A stretch of DNA of 53,565 nt from Thermoanaerobaculia bacterium (GCA_036009105.1 DASYMJ010000109.1:1-53565), one strand, 5' to 3'. Counted from the first letter of the stretch, positions 36,828-46,804 are shown. Translations and numbers: made by a program. Notes: a model not told the origin generated them from the letters alone.

Positions 36828-37961
36828 GTGCCTCTGGTCGATATCTACAGATGCCCGCAGTGCGGCCGCCCGTACGACGATTCATACGATTGCCAGGACT
36901 GCGGGGTGAGCACGGAGTACTACGACACGCAGTGGATCGAAGACATCGTCGGTATGGACGTTTCGAGCGGCTCGGACGCCAGCCCGTTCAACCCGCAGAC
37001 GGAGTCCCCCTTCCTTGCCTTTCCTTCCACTTCGGTGGTGACGAACAACTGCAAAACGACGACGGAGTCGGAAGGGAAGGAGGTGGAAGAGGACGATGCT
37101 GATGATGTCCAGGCATGCTGCAATCCGGTCAAGCAGCTCCTGGGCGTATTGGGTGAGGACTGCTCCCGGCTTCCGGTAGGCGCGCTCATTCGACTGATCT
37201 ATCAAACCGTGGGACCCTTCGACCCCGGCAAGCGTGACCAGCACGCCGTTCTCGCCTTCGACATCTCCTTTCTCTGGCACAACGAGGAAGCCCTCGGCAC
37301 CTGCGCGGACAGCCAGCCGGAGCTCATCACGCTCAGGGAGGCGTGGAGAAGCCGCCCGGCACTGGCGAAAGTCTCGAACTGCCACTCTTCGGCCGTGTCG
37401 ATGCTCCAAATCCTCGGCGGCGGCCAGATCGAGAAGGTGGGGGTCACGGGAGCGGGGGCGAGCAATGCGCTCGACATGAGCCCGCACATCGCGACCTTCA
37501 AGAGCCTCTGCATCTCCCTCCAGCAGCACGAGCGCGCCATCTGGCAGGTGAGCCACTGCGGGCACTCCTGGACTTTCATCAAGCGGCTAGGCCGGGTGGA
37601 GGTGATCGACGCCTTCGCCAACGATCGCGGTCTGGGCATCTGGGGCCTGACGGCAGAGGAAGTTGAGACGGTCAAGTGGCCGAAAAAGGTGCATCCTCCG
37701 CCAGCGAAACGTATCTGGACGGTGGAGGAGTTGCTCGACATCCTGCCGCTGCTGGTCCACGAGTCGCTGGAGACGCGGCACAAAGGACAGGAACGGCTCG
37801 TCAACTACCCCTTCGAGAACGACTCCGGCTCCGATCACCTGCCTACCGGCGCCTTTGGCTACGACTGCCGGGCGCTGAAGACGGATGGGGAGATCGTGCG
37901 CGCTCTCGCGGCGCGATTCTGCCACGCTCGGAATCGGTGGAAGGAGCTCACGAAGAAGTGA
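36828..37961 (+). CDS. Hypothetical protein with an N-terminal Zn ribbon and a possible papain-like C-terminal domain
   Basis: CPQC..CQDC, acidic linker, then NCHSSAVSML / CGHSWTF / VIDAF; more A/T-ending codons than flanking genes. Confidence 0.65.
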   Translation: MPLVDIYRCPQCGRPYDDSYDCQDCGVSTEYYDTQWIEDIVGMDVSSGSDASPFNPQTESPFLAFPSTSVVTNNCKTTTESEGKEVEEDDADDVQACCNPVKQLLGVLGEDCSRLPVGALIRLIYQTVGPFDPGKRDQHAVLAFDISFLWHNEEALGTCADSQPELITLREAWRSRPALAKVSNCHSSAVSMLQILGGGQIEKVGVTGAGASNALDMSPHIATFKSLCISLQQHERAIWQVSHCGHSWTFIKRLGRVEVIDAFANDRGLGIWGLTAEEVETVKWPKKVHPPPAKRIWTVEELLDILPLLVHESLETRHKGQERLVNYPFENDSGSDHLPTGAFGYDCRALKTDGEIVRALAARFCHARNRWKELTKK

Positions 37962-37974
37962 GCGGGGAGGGGGA

Positions 37975-38028
37975 AGCGGGCGGCGAGCAGGAGAACTGCT
38001 CTCCTGCTCGCTGCTCGCTGCTCGCCGC
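37975..38028. repeat. Heptamer family B variant between convergent genes
   Basis: ggcgagc aggaga-actgc-tctcc tgctcgc tgctcgc tgctcgc; left arm degenerate. Confidence 0.7.
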
Positions 38029-38223
38029 TTAGCGCGCGGCCTTCTGGATCTTGCCGGTGCGGATGCAGCGGGTGCAGACGTTCATCCGCTTCACGGCGCT
38101 TCCGACCAGCACGCGGACGCGCTGGAGATTGGGCAGCCAGCGGCGGCTCGAAACGTTGTGGGCGTGGCTGACTCGGTTTCCGAAGACGGGTGCTTTCCCG
38201 CAGACTTCACACATTTTTGCCAT
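38029..38223 (-). CDS. rpmB: 50S ribosomal protein L28 (Zn-binding form)
   Basis: MAKMCEVCGKAPVFGNRVSHAHNVSSRRWLPNLQ...VCTRCIRTGKI; GAGGGAG RBS. Confidence 0.97.
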   Translation of the reverse strand: MAKMCEVCGKAPVFGNRVSHAHNVSSRRWLPNLQRVRVLVGSAVKRMNVCTRCIRTGKIQKAAR

Positions 38224-38347
38224 TGATGACTCCCTCAAATAACGCGAAAGGCGTGGATTCTAACCAGCGTGCCCCCGAGGCGCAACCCTTTCGGGCCTCG
38301 CGGACGGCAAACACGCGCATTCGTTCAAGTTATCTATTCCCGTACGG

Positions 38348-38376
38348 TTGACACACCTTTGCAGGTGTTGTAATTT
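38348..38376 (+). promoter_or_regulatory. Putative sigma70 promoter of the pil operon
   Basis: TTGACA, 17 nt, TAATTT; the spacer contains the palindrome ACACCT-TTGC-AGGTGT. Confidence 0.6.
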
Positions 38377-38443
38377 CGATCCACCTTTCGACATCCGGAG
38401 CCAGCGAGAAGTCAGTGTGTGTGTGAGATGGATGGGGTGAGCG

Positions 38444-39502
38444 GTGTTCTTCTCAAAGAGCAAAAACGTTGTCGGCCTTGATATCGGCTCCTCGGCAATC
38501 AAACTGGTAGAGCTGAAGGAGAAGAAGGGCGGGGCCTACTCACTCGTCAAGCTCGGCATCGAGCGGCTGTCTCCCGAAGCCATCGTTGACGGCTCGATCA
38601 TGGACTCCTCCATGGTCGTGGAAACGATTCAGCGGCTGAACACGGAAAAAGGCGTCAAGAATTCCAATTACGCGACCTCCCTGTCCGGCCATTCGGTGAT
38701 CATCAAAAAGATCACTTTGCCGGCCATGTCGCCGGAGGAGCTGGCCGAGTCGATCCAGTGGGAGGCGGAGCAGTACATCCCCTTCGACATCAACGACGTC
38801 AACCTCGACTACGTCCCCCTCACCGCCCCCGGCACGGGCGACAACATCGACGTCATCCTGGTGGCCGTGAAGAAGGAAAAGATCAACGACTACACCTCGG
38901 TGATCAGCCAGACCGGCAAGGTGCCGGTGCTGGTGGACGTGGACGCCTTCGCGCTGCAGAACTGCTACGAGGTGAACCACGAGGTGGACGGCGACAAGGT
39001 CATCGCCCTGGTCAACGTCGGCGCCTCGGTGACGAACGTGAACGTCCTGTCCGGGCAGATCTCGCTCTTCTGGCGCGACATCACCTTCGGAGGCAACCAG
39101 TACACCGACGCCATCCAGCGCGAGCTGAGCCTCTCCTTCGAGCAGGCGGAAGAGCTCAAGCGGGGCCACCCGGTGGCCGACTACACCATCCAGCAGGTCA
39201 TCCCCATCCTCAACTCCGTCTCCGAGGACTTCGCCGGCGAGCTGCGCAAGACGCTCGACTTCTTCACCGCGACCTCGGGAGCGGACCGCGTGGACGAGAT
39301 CGTCCTGGCCGGCGGCGGCAGCGGGGTGCTGAACCTCGACGCGATCCTGCGCGACAAGTTCGGCATCTCGGTCACGATCATGGATCCGTTCCGGAAGATC
39401 GCCGTCGATGAAGGCGAGTTCAACCCCGAGGAACTGGCCGAGATTGCGCCCAGTATGGCGATCGCCGTCGGTCTGGCCATGCGGAAGTTGGGGGACGCTT
39501 GA
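38444..39502 (+). CDS. pilM: Type IV pilus assembly protein PilM
   Basis: VGLDIGSSAIKLVEL, AEQYIPF, VDVDAFAL, NVGAS, GGNQYT, LAGGGS and AVGLAMR. Confidence 0.96.
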   Translation: MFFSKSKNVVGLDIGSSAIKLVELKEKKGGAYSLVKLGIERLSPEAIVDGSIMDSSMVVETIQRLNTEKGVKNSNYATSLSGHSVIIKKITLPAMSPEELAESIQWEAEQYIPFDINDVNLDYVPLTAPGTGDNIDVILVAVKKEKINDYTSVISQTGKVPVLVDVDAFALQNCYEVNHEVDGDKVIALVNVGASVTNVNVLSGQISLFWRDITFGGNQYTDAIQRELSLSFEQAEELKRGHPVADYTIQQVIPILNSVSEDFAGELRKTLDFFTATSGADRVDEIVLAGGGSGVLNLDAILRDKFGISVTIMDPFRKIAVDEGEFNPEELAEIAPSMAIAVGLAMRKLGDA

Positions 39503-40185
39503 TCAAGATCAACTTAGTGCGGGAAGGGCGGGCGGTTCGCGGCGCGGGAGCCGTGGCCCAACCGGCCGTCACCCCCATGGCGGGCGGCGGCGGGACGGAC
39601 ATCAACAGCATCCTCATCGTGCTCCTGCTCGTGGTGGGAGGCCTCATCGCCGGCGCCTGGTGGTGGATGGAGAAGCGCAAGCTCAACGAGCGCGAGGAAA
39701 CCATCACCGTGCGCAAGGCGGAGGCCGAGAAGCTGGAGGCCATCATCCGCGACGTGGAGCAGTACCAGAAGCGCAAGGACAACCTCCAGAAGCGCATCGA
39801 CCTGATCAACCAGCTCAAGCAGAACCAGCGCGGCCCGGTCCGGATCATGGACCAGGTCAGCCGCGACCTTCCCGACCTGGTCTGGCTGGACAAGATGACC
39901 ATCAACAACGGGAGCATCGCTCTGCAGGGACGCGGTCTGAACCCGAACGCCATCGCCAACTTCGTGGAGAACATCAAGAACGATCCGTACTTCGAGGAGC
40001 CGCAGGTCGGCTCCATGACGCAGACGTCCGTGGCGCCGCTGGTCTACACGTTCGACATGAGCTTCGGCTTCTCGTACGCGCCGAAGACGGCGGAAGGCTC
40101 TGCCGGCGCAACGTCGACGACCGGCACCACCGGGAGCACCGGAACGGCGGGCACCACCGCCGCGCCGGGCGGGGCGAAGCCGTAA
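39499..40185 (+). CDS. pilN: Type IV pilus assembly protein PilN
   Basis: MIKINL N-terminal motif, TM helix, coiled coil, and LPDLVWL. Confidence 0.92.
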   Translation: MIKINLVREGRAVRGAGAVAQPAVTPMAGGGGTDINSILIVLLLVVGGLIAGAWWWMEKRKLNEREETITVRKAEAEKLEAIIRDVEQYQKRKDNLQKRIDLINQLKQNQRGPVRIMDQVSRDLPDLVWLDKMTINNGSIALQGRGLNPNAIANFVENIKNDPYFEEPQVGSMTQTSVAPLVYTFDMSFGFSYAPKTAEGSAGATSTTGTTGSTGTAGTTAAPGGAKP

Positions 40186-40198
40186 GGGGAGGGGGCCG

Positions 40199-40828
40199 AT
40201 GGCGCTGACACTGGAAGGAAAACCCTGGTACTACGGCTTCCTGATCGGACTCCTGCTCGCGGGCGTGGGGCTGTACGCTCTCTATTATTTCTACATCACC
40301 CCGACGGAAGAGGACATCGCCGGCAAGGACGCCCAGATCGCGGAGCTGGACCGGAAGATCGAACAGGGGCGGGCCGCGGAGCGGAAGCTCCCCCAGTTCC
40401 GGGCCGAGGTGGCGCGCCTGGAGCTGGAGCTCGACAAGCTGCGCCGCATCCTGCCTTCCTCCCGCAACACGGAAGAGATCATCAAGAAACTCAAGGCGCT
40501 GGTCGACACGGGCGACTTCGCCCTCAAGCGCCTCACCTTCCCCGTCCTGACCACGCCGAAGGGGGGCGACCCCTACGCGGAGTGGCCCATCTCGGTCTCG
40601 GTGGAGGGGCGGTACCACAACCTGGCGATCCTCTTCAATCGCCTGAGCAACTTCTCGCGCATCATCAACGTGGAGCAGATCAACATCTCGGCGCTGGCCA
40701 GCCAGACCGACCGCACCATCAGCACCGACTTCGTGGCCAAGACGTTCGTCTACGTCGAGCCGGCGGAGGAGAAGCCGAAGGCGAAGACGAAAGGAAAGCC
40801 GGGCGGGTCGTCCGGGGACGGGGACTAA
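40199..40828 (+). CDS. pilO: Type IV pilus assembly protein PilO
   Basis: TM plus coiled coil, RRILPS, YAEWPISVSVEGRYHNL and SRIINV. Confidence 0.92.
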   Translation: MALTLEGKPWYYGFLIGLLLAGVGLYALYYFYITPTEEDIAGKDAQIAELDRKIEQGRAAERKLPQFRAEVARLELELDKLRRILPSSRNTEEIIKKLKALVDTGDFALKRLTFPVLTTPKGGDPYAEWPISVSVEGRYHNLAILFNRLSNFSRIINVEQINISALASQTDRTISTDFVAKTFVYVEPAEEKPKAKTKGKPGGSSGDGD

Positions 40829-40831
40829 CGG

Positions 40832-41371
40832 ATGAACATGCGCAGGTTCGCCCAGTCGCTGCTGCTGGTGACGCTCGCCGTCGCCGGCGTGCTCGCGCAG
40901 CCGGTCGGCTCCAGACCGGCGGGAGGTCCGCCCCCTTCCACCACGACCGCCAACACGGCGGCCGACAATGCCGGCGTGCAGCAGACGCTTCAGGAGATCC
41001 TGGAGGAGCCGACCACCGGCGAGACGTACCGCTACGACCCGCAGGGGCGGCGCGATCCGTTCCAGTCGCTGGTCGGGCCGGCGCCGCGCCTGCAGCCGGG
41101 GCAGCGTCCGCCGGGCATCCCCGGGTTCCTCATCGATGAGCTCAAGCTGCAGGGAGTGGTCAAGACCAAACAGGGGCTCGTTGCCATGATCAACGGGCCG
41201 GACAACAAGGGTTACCTCGTTCACGTGGGAGACAAAGTCCTCGATGGCGAAGTGATTCGCATTACGGCCTCCTCCATCGTCTTCCGGCAGGAGGTCAATG
41301 ATCCGACTCAGATCGAGCGGTACCGCGAGGTAGTCAAGGACCTGATCCCCGAGGCGCAACGGAAGGGCTAG
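40832..41371 (+). CDS. pilP: Type IV pilus assembly protein PilP-like
   Basis: YDPQGRRDPF, ELKLQGVV, GYLVHVGD and GEVIRIT; lies between pilO and pilQ. Confidence 0.85.
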   Translation: MNMRRFAQSLLLVTLAVAGVLAQPVGSRPAGGPPPSTTTANTAADNAGVQQTLQEILEEPTTGETYRYDPQGRRDPFQSLVGPAPRLQPGQRPPGIPGFLIDELKLQGVVKTKQGLVAMINGPDNKGYLVHVGDKVLDGEVIRITASSIVFRQEVNDPTQIERYREVVKDLIPEAQRKG

Positions 41372-41399
41372 TCAGGTCAGGGGCTGTGTGGAGGGCGAG

Positions 41400-43949
41400 A
41401 TGGTGAAGGTGGGACGTATGACAAGAGCCAGGCGATTCGTGCTCGTAGCGGGCATCGTGGTGGCGAGTGCGAGTCTGGACTCCGCTTCCGCATCGCTGTG
41501 GAAGCGCGCGAAGACCGACAAGACTGCCGAGCCGGCAGCCGTGGCGGCAGCAGGGCAGACCCTTTCCGCCGTGGAGATCGAAGGATCGCGGGTTCTGCTG
41601 CACACGAGCGGCTCTCCGGCGTACACCTCGTACAGCCCTTCGCCCGACGTATTCGTGGTCGATCTGACCGCCACCTCGAAGGCCTCCGGCGTGGTCATCC
41701 CCGCCACCCTCCCCGCCGGCGTCACCTCGATCGCCGCGGAGGAAGCGGTGGAGATGGGCAACCGGCTCACCCGGGTGACCGTGCGCCTGCGCGAGGCGGC
41801 CTCGCCGACGGCCTCCGTCAATGGGACGGACGTGGTGATCGCCATCCCGGAGAAGGCGCCGGTCGACACCGTGCCGCCGCTCGTGGCGGCCGTGGCCGAT
41901 CCGCAGCCGCCGCCCGAGACGCCGCATGCCGAGACGCCGCATGTGGAGGCGCTTCCGGAACCGAACCGCATCCCCGCCGAGCCGGTGGCCACGGCCGAGC
42001 CGCTGCCGCTCCCCGCCGCGAAATCCATCCGCCGCATCGAGAGCTCCGGCGCCGACATCCGCATCAACGGCGACGGCGCGATGAAGTACAAGGCCTTCCG
42101 CCTGGAGAACCCCTCGCGCGTGGTGCTCGACATCGACGGCATCAACAAGCTTCCGAAGAACGCCATCACCATCAACGACTCGCCGGTCAAAAAGGTCCGG
42201 GTGTCGCAGTTCAAGTCCGGCCCCGAGCCGGTGACGCGGGTGGTGCTCGATCTCGGCTCGAAGGCGGACTATCGCCTGGTCGATGAAGGCGACCACGTGA
42301 CGGTCGTCTTCGGCGATGCGCCGGCCACGTTCGCCGCCGCGCCGGTGGTGGAGCGGCAGGCGCCCGTGCAGAAGACGATCGCGCCGCCTCCCCCGCCCGC
42401 GCCGGCCACCGCCGCCGCGAGCACGATGACGGTGACCGAGCGGCCGGCGCACAAGACCGACATCCCGGCCAGCGTGCCGACGGTGGCCGAGAACGCCGCC
42501 ACCTGGCGCATGCCGGAGACGGCGTCCAAAGGCGCCCGCTCCAAGATCAACGCGCCGGCCGACCAGGCGCCGCCTGCCACCAGCCGCCGCCAGCGCACCA
42601 CCACCTCGACGCCGGTGCCGGCGCCCTCCAACGCCAATCCGGAAAACGTCTTCACCGAGCCGCAGGACCTCTCCGGCCCGCAGATCCAGAACGCCACCAC
42701 GCCGCAGGGCACGCGGACGCTGAGCGAAGGCCCCCGTGTCTTCACCGGCGAGCCGATCTCGCTCAACCTCAAGGACGCCGACCTCAAGGACGTCCTGCGC
42801 ACCTTCGCCCAGCTCACCGGCCTGAACATCGCCGTCGATCCGGGCGTGACCGGCCAGGTCACGGTCGATTTCGTCGACGTGCCGTGGGACCAGGCGCTGG
42901 ACATCATCCTCCGCCAGAACAACCTCGCCTTCGTGGTGGAAGGCAACGTGATGCGCGTCGGCACCATCGAGCGCCTGGCCAACGAGACGGCCGCCACGCG
43001 GCGGCTGCAGGAGGAAGAGCAGCTCAACGTGCCGCGGCGCACCATCAGCTTCAAGCTCTCCTACGCGCGGGCCCAGGAAGTCCAGGCCCTGCTGGCCGCC
43101 ATCGCCTCGCCGCGCGCGCGGATCATCGTCGACGCGCGCACGAACCAGCTCATCGTCAGCGAGATCCCGCAGTACCTGGTGACCATGCGCAACCTCATCG
43201 ACACGGTGGACGTGCCGACCAAGCAGGTGGTGATCGAGGCGCGCATCGTCGAGACCACGAAGAACTTCGCGCAGCAGTACGGCTTCCAGTGGGGCTTCAA
43301 CGGCGCCTTCGACCCGGCCCTGGGCACGGGCACGGGCCTCGTGTTCCCCAACCGGGTCGGCTTCACCGGCGGCCCGTTCAGCTTCACCGGCGGCGCCCCT
43401 CCGGTTCTGGGTCTGAGCCTGACGGACGTTCTCGGCTCCTTCAACCTCGACCTCGCCCTGCACGCGTTCGAGCTGGAGGGCCTGGTCAAGGTCGTCTCCG
43501 CGCCGCGCGTGACCACGCAGGACAACCAGGCCGCCGAGATCCAGAGCGGCTTCCAGATCCCGTACCAGACCCGGATCAACTTCACCACCACCATCACCTA
43601 CGTCGACGCCACGCTGCGGCTGTCCGTCACGCCGCAGATCACCGAGGCGGGGACGGTGATCATGGACATCGCGGTGCAGAAGACGGAGCCGGCCACCGGT
43701 CTGGCCATCGAAGGAGGCGCCGGCACGCCGCTCTCCACCCGCCAGGCGCGGACGCGCCTCATGGTGCGCGACGGCGGCACCTCGGTCATCGGCGGCATCT
43801 ACCAGACCAAAGACAACAACAGCCAGTCGCGCTTGCCGTTCGTGCACCAGATCCCGATCATCGGCGCGCTGTTCCGGACGCACAACATCTCGTCCACCCA
43901 TGACGAGCTGTTGATTTTCATCACCCCGCGCATCGTTCGCGGGTCGTAA
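41400..43949 (+). CDS. pilQ: Type IV pilus secretin PilQ with AMIN domains
   Basis: AMIN-like repeats (SPDVFVVDL, NPSRVVLDI), ISLNLKDAD, VPWDQALD, QVVIEARIVE and LPFVHQIPIIGALF...ELLIFITPRI. Start 41388 or 41400. Confidence 0.96.
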   Translation: MVKVGRMTRARRFVLVAGIVVASASLDSASASLWKRAKTDKTAEPAAVAAAGQTLSAVEIEGSRVLLHTSGSPAYTSYSPSPDVFVVDLTATSKASGVVIPATLPAGVTSIAAEEAVEMGNRLTRVTVRLREAASPTASVNGTDVVIAIPEKAPVDTVPPLVAAVADPQPPPETPHAETPHVEALPEPNRIPAEPVATAEPLPLPAAKSIRRIESSGADIRINGDGAMKYKAFRLENPSRVVLDIDGINKLPKNAITINDSPVKKVRVSQFKSGPEPVTRVVLDLGSKADYRLVDEGDHVTVVFGDAPATFAAAPVVERQAPVQKTIAPPPPPAPATAAASTMTVTERPAHKTDIPASVPTVAENAATWRMPETASKGARSKINAPADQAPPATSRRQRTTTSTPVPAPSNANPENVFTEPQDLSGPQIQNATTPQGTRTLSEGPRVFTGEPISLNLKDADLKDVLRTFAQLTGLNIAVDPGVTGQVTVDFVDVPWDQALDIILRQNNLAFVVEGNVMRVGTIERLANETAATRRLQEEEQLNVPRRTISFKLSYARAQEVQALLAAIASPRARIIVDARTNQLIVSEIPQYLVTMRNLIDTVDVPTKQVVIEARIVETTKNFAQQYGFQWGFNGAFDPALGTGTGLVFPNRVGFTGGPFSFTGGAPPVLGLSLTDVLGSFNLDLALHAFELEGLVKVVSAPRVTTQDNQAAEIQSGFQIPYQTRINFTTTITYVDATLRLSVTPQITEAGTVIMDIAVQKTEPATGLAIEGGAGTPLSTRQARTRLMVRDGGTSVIGGIYQTKDNNSQSRLPFVHQIPIIGALFRTHNISSTHDELLIFITPRIVRGS

Positions 43950-43991
43950 TAGGATGGAAGGAAACCCCCGGGTGAAGGGAGGCGGAGACCT

Positions 43992-44564
43992 ATGAAGCAC
44001 TACACGAAGACTCTGATTGCGGCGGCGGTGGCGGTGGCCGGCATCACGGGCTGCAGCAACGATCTGAACCGCAATGCGTCGCCGGTGGAACTGGTCGCGA
44101 CGAACTCGCAGAACCTCAACGTGATCGACCTGAACGGCGGCACGCGCTGTACGGAGACGATCGCCACGGTCAGTCTGCAGGCGTTCCTCAAGAACCCGAC
44201 GCAGATCTCCGACCAGACGTTCAACCAGGTGCGGATCAACCGCTACCAGGTGTCGTACGTCCGGACCGATGGCGGCAAGATCGTGCCGGCCACGTTCGTG
44301 CGCAGCATCGACAACCTGCTCACGCCGGGCGGGTCGCCTGCCGCGCTCTCCGGCTTCCAGGCGTTCGAGGTCGACGCGATCAATCACGCGCCGTTCCAGG
44401 CGCTGTTCCCGAACAACGGCGGCCGCGATCCGGAGACGGGACGGCCGGTGGTGTCGCTGGACGCGATTCTCACCATCTTCGGCGAGACGCTGGCCGGCGA
44501 GCGCGTTTCGGCAACGACGCGGGTTCCCTTGGACTTTTGTTTTCAGTGCGGCGGCTGCGGTTGA
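43992..44564 (+). CDS. Hypothetical lipoprotein downstream of pilQ
   Basis: GGAG RBS, lipobox ITGC, beta-rich body, terminal CFQCGGCG. Confidence 0.8.
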   Translation: MKHYTKTLIAAAVAVAGITGCSNDLNRNASPVELVATNSQNLNVIDLNGGTRCTETIATVSLQAFLKNPTQISDQTFNQVRINRYQVSYVRTDGGKIVPATFVRSIDNLLTPGGSPAALSGFQAFEVDAINHAPFQALFPNNGGRDPETGRPVVSLDAILTIFGETLAGERVSATTRVPLDFCFQCGGCG

Positions 44565-44630
44565 TGCTCGCCGATGACACGGCCCGACGCTGAGGGCGCG
44601 TGGGTGTGAGGAAGGCTGACGGGGGTTGAC

Positions 44631-46700
44631 ATGAAGATGTTCAGACAGCGGAAGTTCCTGTTCGCGCTGCTCGCGATGCTGGTGATCTTCGCCGGATGCA
44701 AGGGCGAGTCGCCGACGGCACCGCCACCGAGCACGGGCGGCGGGTCGACCCCGGGCGGCGGCACGCCGGCCACGGGCACGGTCATCACCGTCACGTTCTC
44801 CAACACTTCGCCGGTGGTCGGCTCGCCGGTCACGGTGAGCGCCGCGGTGACGCAGAACAACACGTCGGTGCCGAACGGCACGGCCGTCGAGCTGACCACC
44901 TCGCTCGGCACGTTCTCCGATACCGGCACGGCGAGCACCATCCGCACCACCACCAACGGCGTGGCCACGGCCATCCTCAACGCCACGACGCCCGGCACGG
45001 CGACGGTCGTGGCCACCATCAACAACGTGGCCAAATCCGGCACGGTGACGTTCCGGGCCGCGGCCACGACGCCCACGCCGACGCCGACCAACCCGACCAT
45101 CACCGGCGTCACGCCGACCTTCGGCAAGCCGTCCGGCGGCGAGACGGTGACCATCAACGGCACGAACTTCACCCAGCCGGTGCGCGTCTTCTTCGACTTC
45201 GGCAACAACACCGCGCCGGTCGAGGCCTTCGTCCTGCCCGACTCCACCTCGACCCAGCTGCGGGTGCTCAGCCCGAAGGTCGACCTCGGCGCGGGGCAGA
45301 CCAAGCCGGCCACCATCATCGTCATCACCCAGGCCGGCTCGGCCACCGAGCAGCGCGCCACCTCCCAGCCGTTCACATTCGTGGCCGAGCAGCTCACCCC
45401 GGTGCCGCAGTCGATCAGCCCCTCCTCCGGTCCCATCACCGGCGGCACGCGCGTCACGATCTTCGGCTCCGGCTTCCAGGCCCCCGTCCAGGTGCAGTTC
45501 GGCGATCTCTCCGTGCCGGCCTGGCAGGACGCGCAGGTGATCTCGGTGACGTTCAACCAGATCGTCGCCATCACCCCCGACGCGCGCTCCACCTCGCCCA
45601 ACGGCGGCATCCCCGTCACCGGTCCGGTCGACCTGCGCGTCAACAACATCGCCTCCGGCATCTCGGCCACGGTGGACAACATCTTCCGCTTCACGCCGAA
45701 GATGCAGATCACCTCGGTCAGCCCGCAGCTGGGCAGCTCCCTCGGCGGCACGGACGTGACCATCGACGGCATCGGCTTCGAAGACCCGGTCACCGTCACG
45801 CTGGCCGGCGTGCAGGCGCAGGTCCTGCGCGTCTCCGGCTCGCAGCTGCTCGTCCGCAGCGGCGCGCTGGGGCAGCCGTGCGGCGGCTCGACCGGCCCGG
45901 TCAGCGTGACGAATGTCGAGAACGGCGACGTCGCCAGCACCGGCATCGCGCCGAACTTCGCCGGCGGCTTCCAGTACGTCGGCGTGTCGCCGACGGTCAC
46001 TTCCGCCACTCCCAACTCCACGCCGCTGGTGCCCGGCAACACGATCAACGTCACGGTGCTGAATCCGGGCGTCGGCCCGCTCGGGTCGGCCAACGTGCGC
46101 TTCACCGTCGGCGGCCAGCAGACCACGGCCACGCCGAATCCGATCACGAACGGAACGGGCAGCCAGACGTTCACCGTCACGGTGCCGACCGGGCTGAGCT
46201 TCCCCTCCATCGCCTGCACCACGGGCGGCGGTCAGCCGGGCACCCAGCTCGGACCGACGTCCTTCCCCATCGTCTTCCTGAACGTGACCACCGGCTGCAC
46301 CGACACGCTCGGCAACGCGGTCACCATCACGCCGCCCGGCCCGAACCCCTGCGTCGGACCGGCTACCGCCTCGGCCAGCCAGGCCAGCCCGGCCTGCCCG
46401 GCCGGACCGAGCGTTCCCGCCGCGAGCGGCACCGCGCCGATCACGATCACGGTCTCCAATACGGCATCGGCCGGCTCCGGCGTGCTGAACGTCTCGGGTG
46501 CGATCACCAGCGGCGGCGCGAACTTCGTGGCCATCAACCCCAGCGGCACGGTCACCGTCGCGCCGGGCCAGTCGAGAGTCTTCACCGTCACCTTCGATCC
46601 CAGCGCCCCGGGCGTGCAGAACGGAACCGTCACCTTCACCACGAACGATCCGGCCAATCCGACCATCGCCGTTCCGATCTGCGGCACCGGTACCCCCTAG
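44631..46700 (+). CDS. Large Ig-like/IPT-TIG repeat lipoprotein
   Basis: Lipobox FAGC, Big-like first domain, three IPT repeats (GGETVTINGTNF, GGTRVTIFGSGF, GGTDVTIDGIGF), and a C-terminal ASH/Ig-like domain (FTVTFDP..G..NGTVTFTTNDP). Confidence 0.85.
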   Translation: MKMFRQRKFLFALLAMLVIFAGCKGESPTAPPPSTGGGSTPGGGTPATGTVITVTFSNTSPVVGSPVTVSAAVTQNNTSVPNGTAVELTTSLGTFSDTGTASTIRTTTNGVATAILNATTPGTATVVATINNVAKSGTVTFRAAATTPTPTPTNPTITGVTPTFGKPSGGETVTINGTNFTQPVRVFFDFGNNTAPVEAFVLPDSTSTQLRVLSPKVDLGAGQTKPATIIVITQAGSATEQRATSQPFTFVAEQLTPVPQSISPSSGPITGGTRVTIFGSGFQAPVQVQFGDLSVPAWQDAQVISVTFNQIVAITPDARSTSPNGGIPVTGPVDLRVNNIASGISATVDNIFRFTPKMQITSVSPQLGSSLGGTDVTIDGIGFEDPVTVTLAGVQAQVLRVSGSQLLVRSGALGQPCGGSTGPVSVTNVENGDVASTGIAPNFAGGFQYVGVSPTVTSATPNSTPLVPGNTINVTVLNPGVGPLGSANVRFTVGGQQTTATPNPITNGTGSQTFTVTVPTGLSFPSIACTTGGGQPGTQLGPTSFPIVFLNVTTGCTDTLGNAVTITPPGPNPCVGPATASASQASPACPAGPSVPAASGTAPITITVSNTASAGSGVLNVSGAITSGGANFVAINPSGTVTVAPGQSRVFTVTFDPSAPGVQNGTVTFTTNDPANPTIAVPICGTGTP

Positions 46701-46726
46701 CGCTTTGCCACACCGCGCGATGTAGC

Positions 46727-46757
46727 GATGACCGCCCCTCGTGGGCGGTCATCTTGT
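46727..46757 (+). terminator. Terminator-like hairpin
   Basis: GATGACCGCCC-CTCGT-GGGCGGTCATC followed by a weak T-tract (TTGT). Confidence 0.5.
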
Positions 46758-46804
46758 CTGCGCGGCAGACTTGAGGAAGAATCGTCGTTCCAGCCAGGAG
46801 AGAG

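Noticed and set aside
38029-38223. Zn-ribbon form of L28 as a novelty
   Set aside because: Cys-containing L28 is a well-known common variant.
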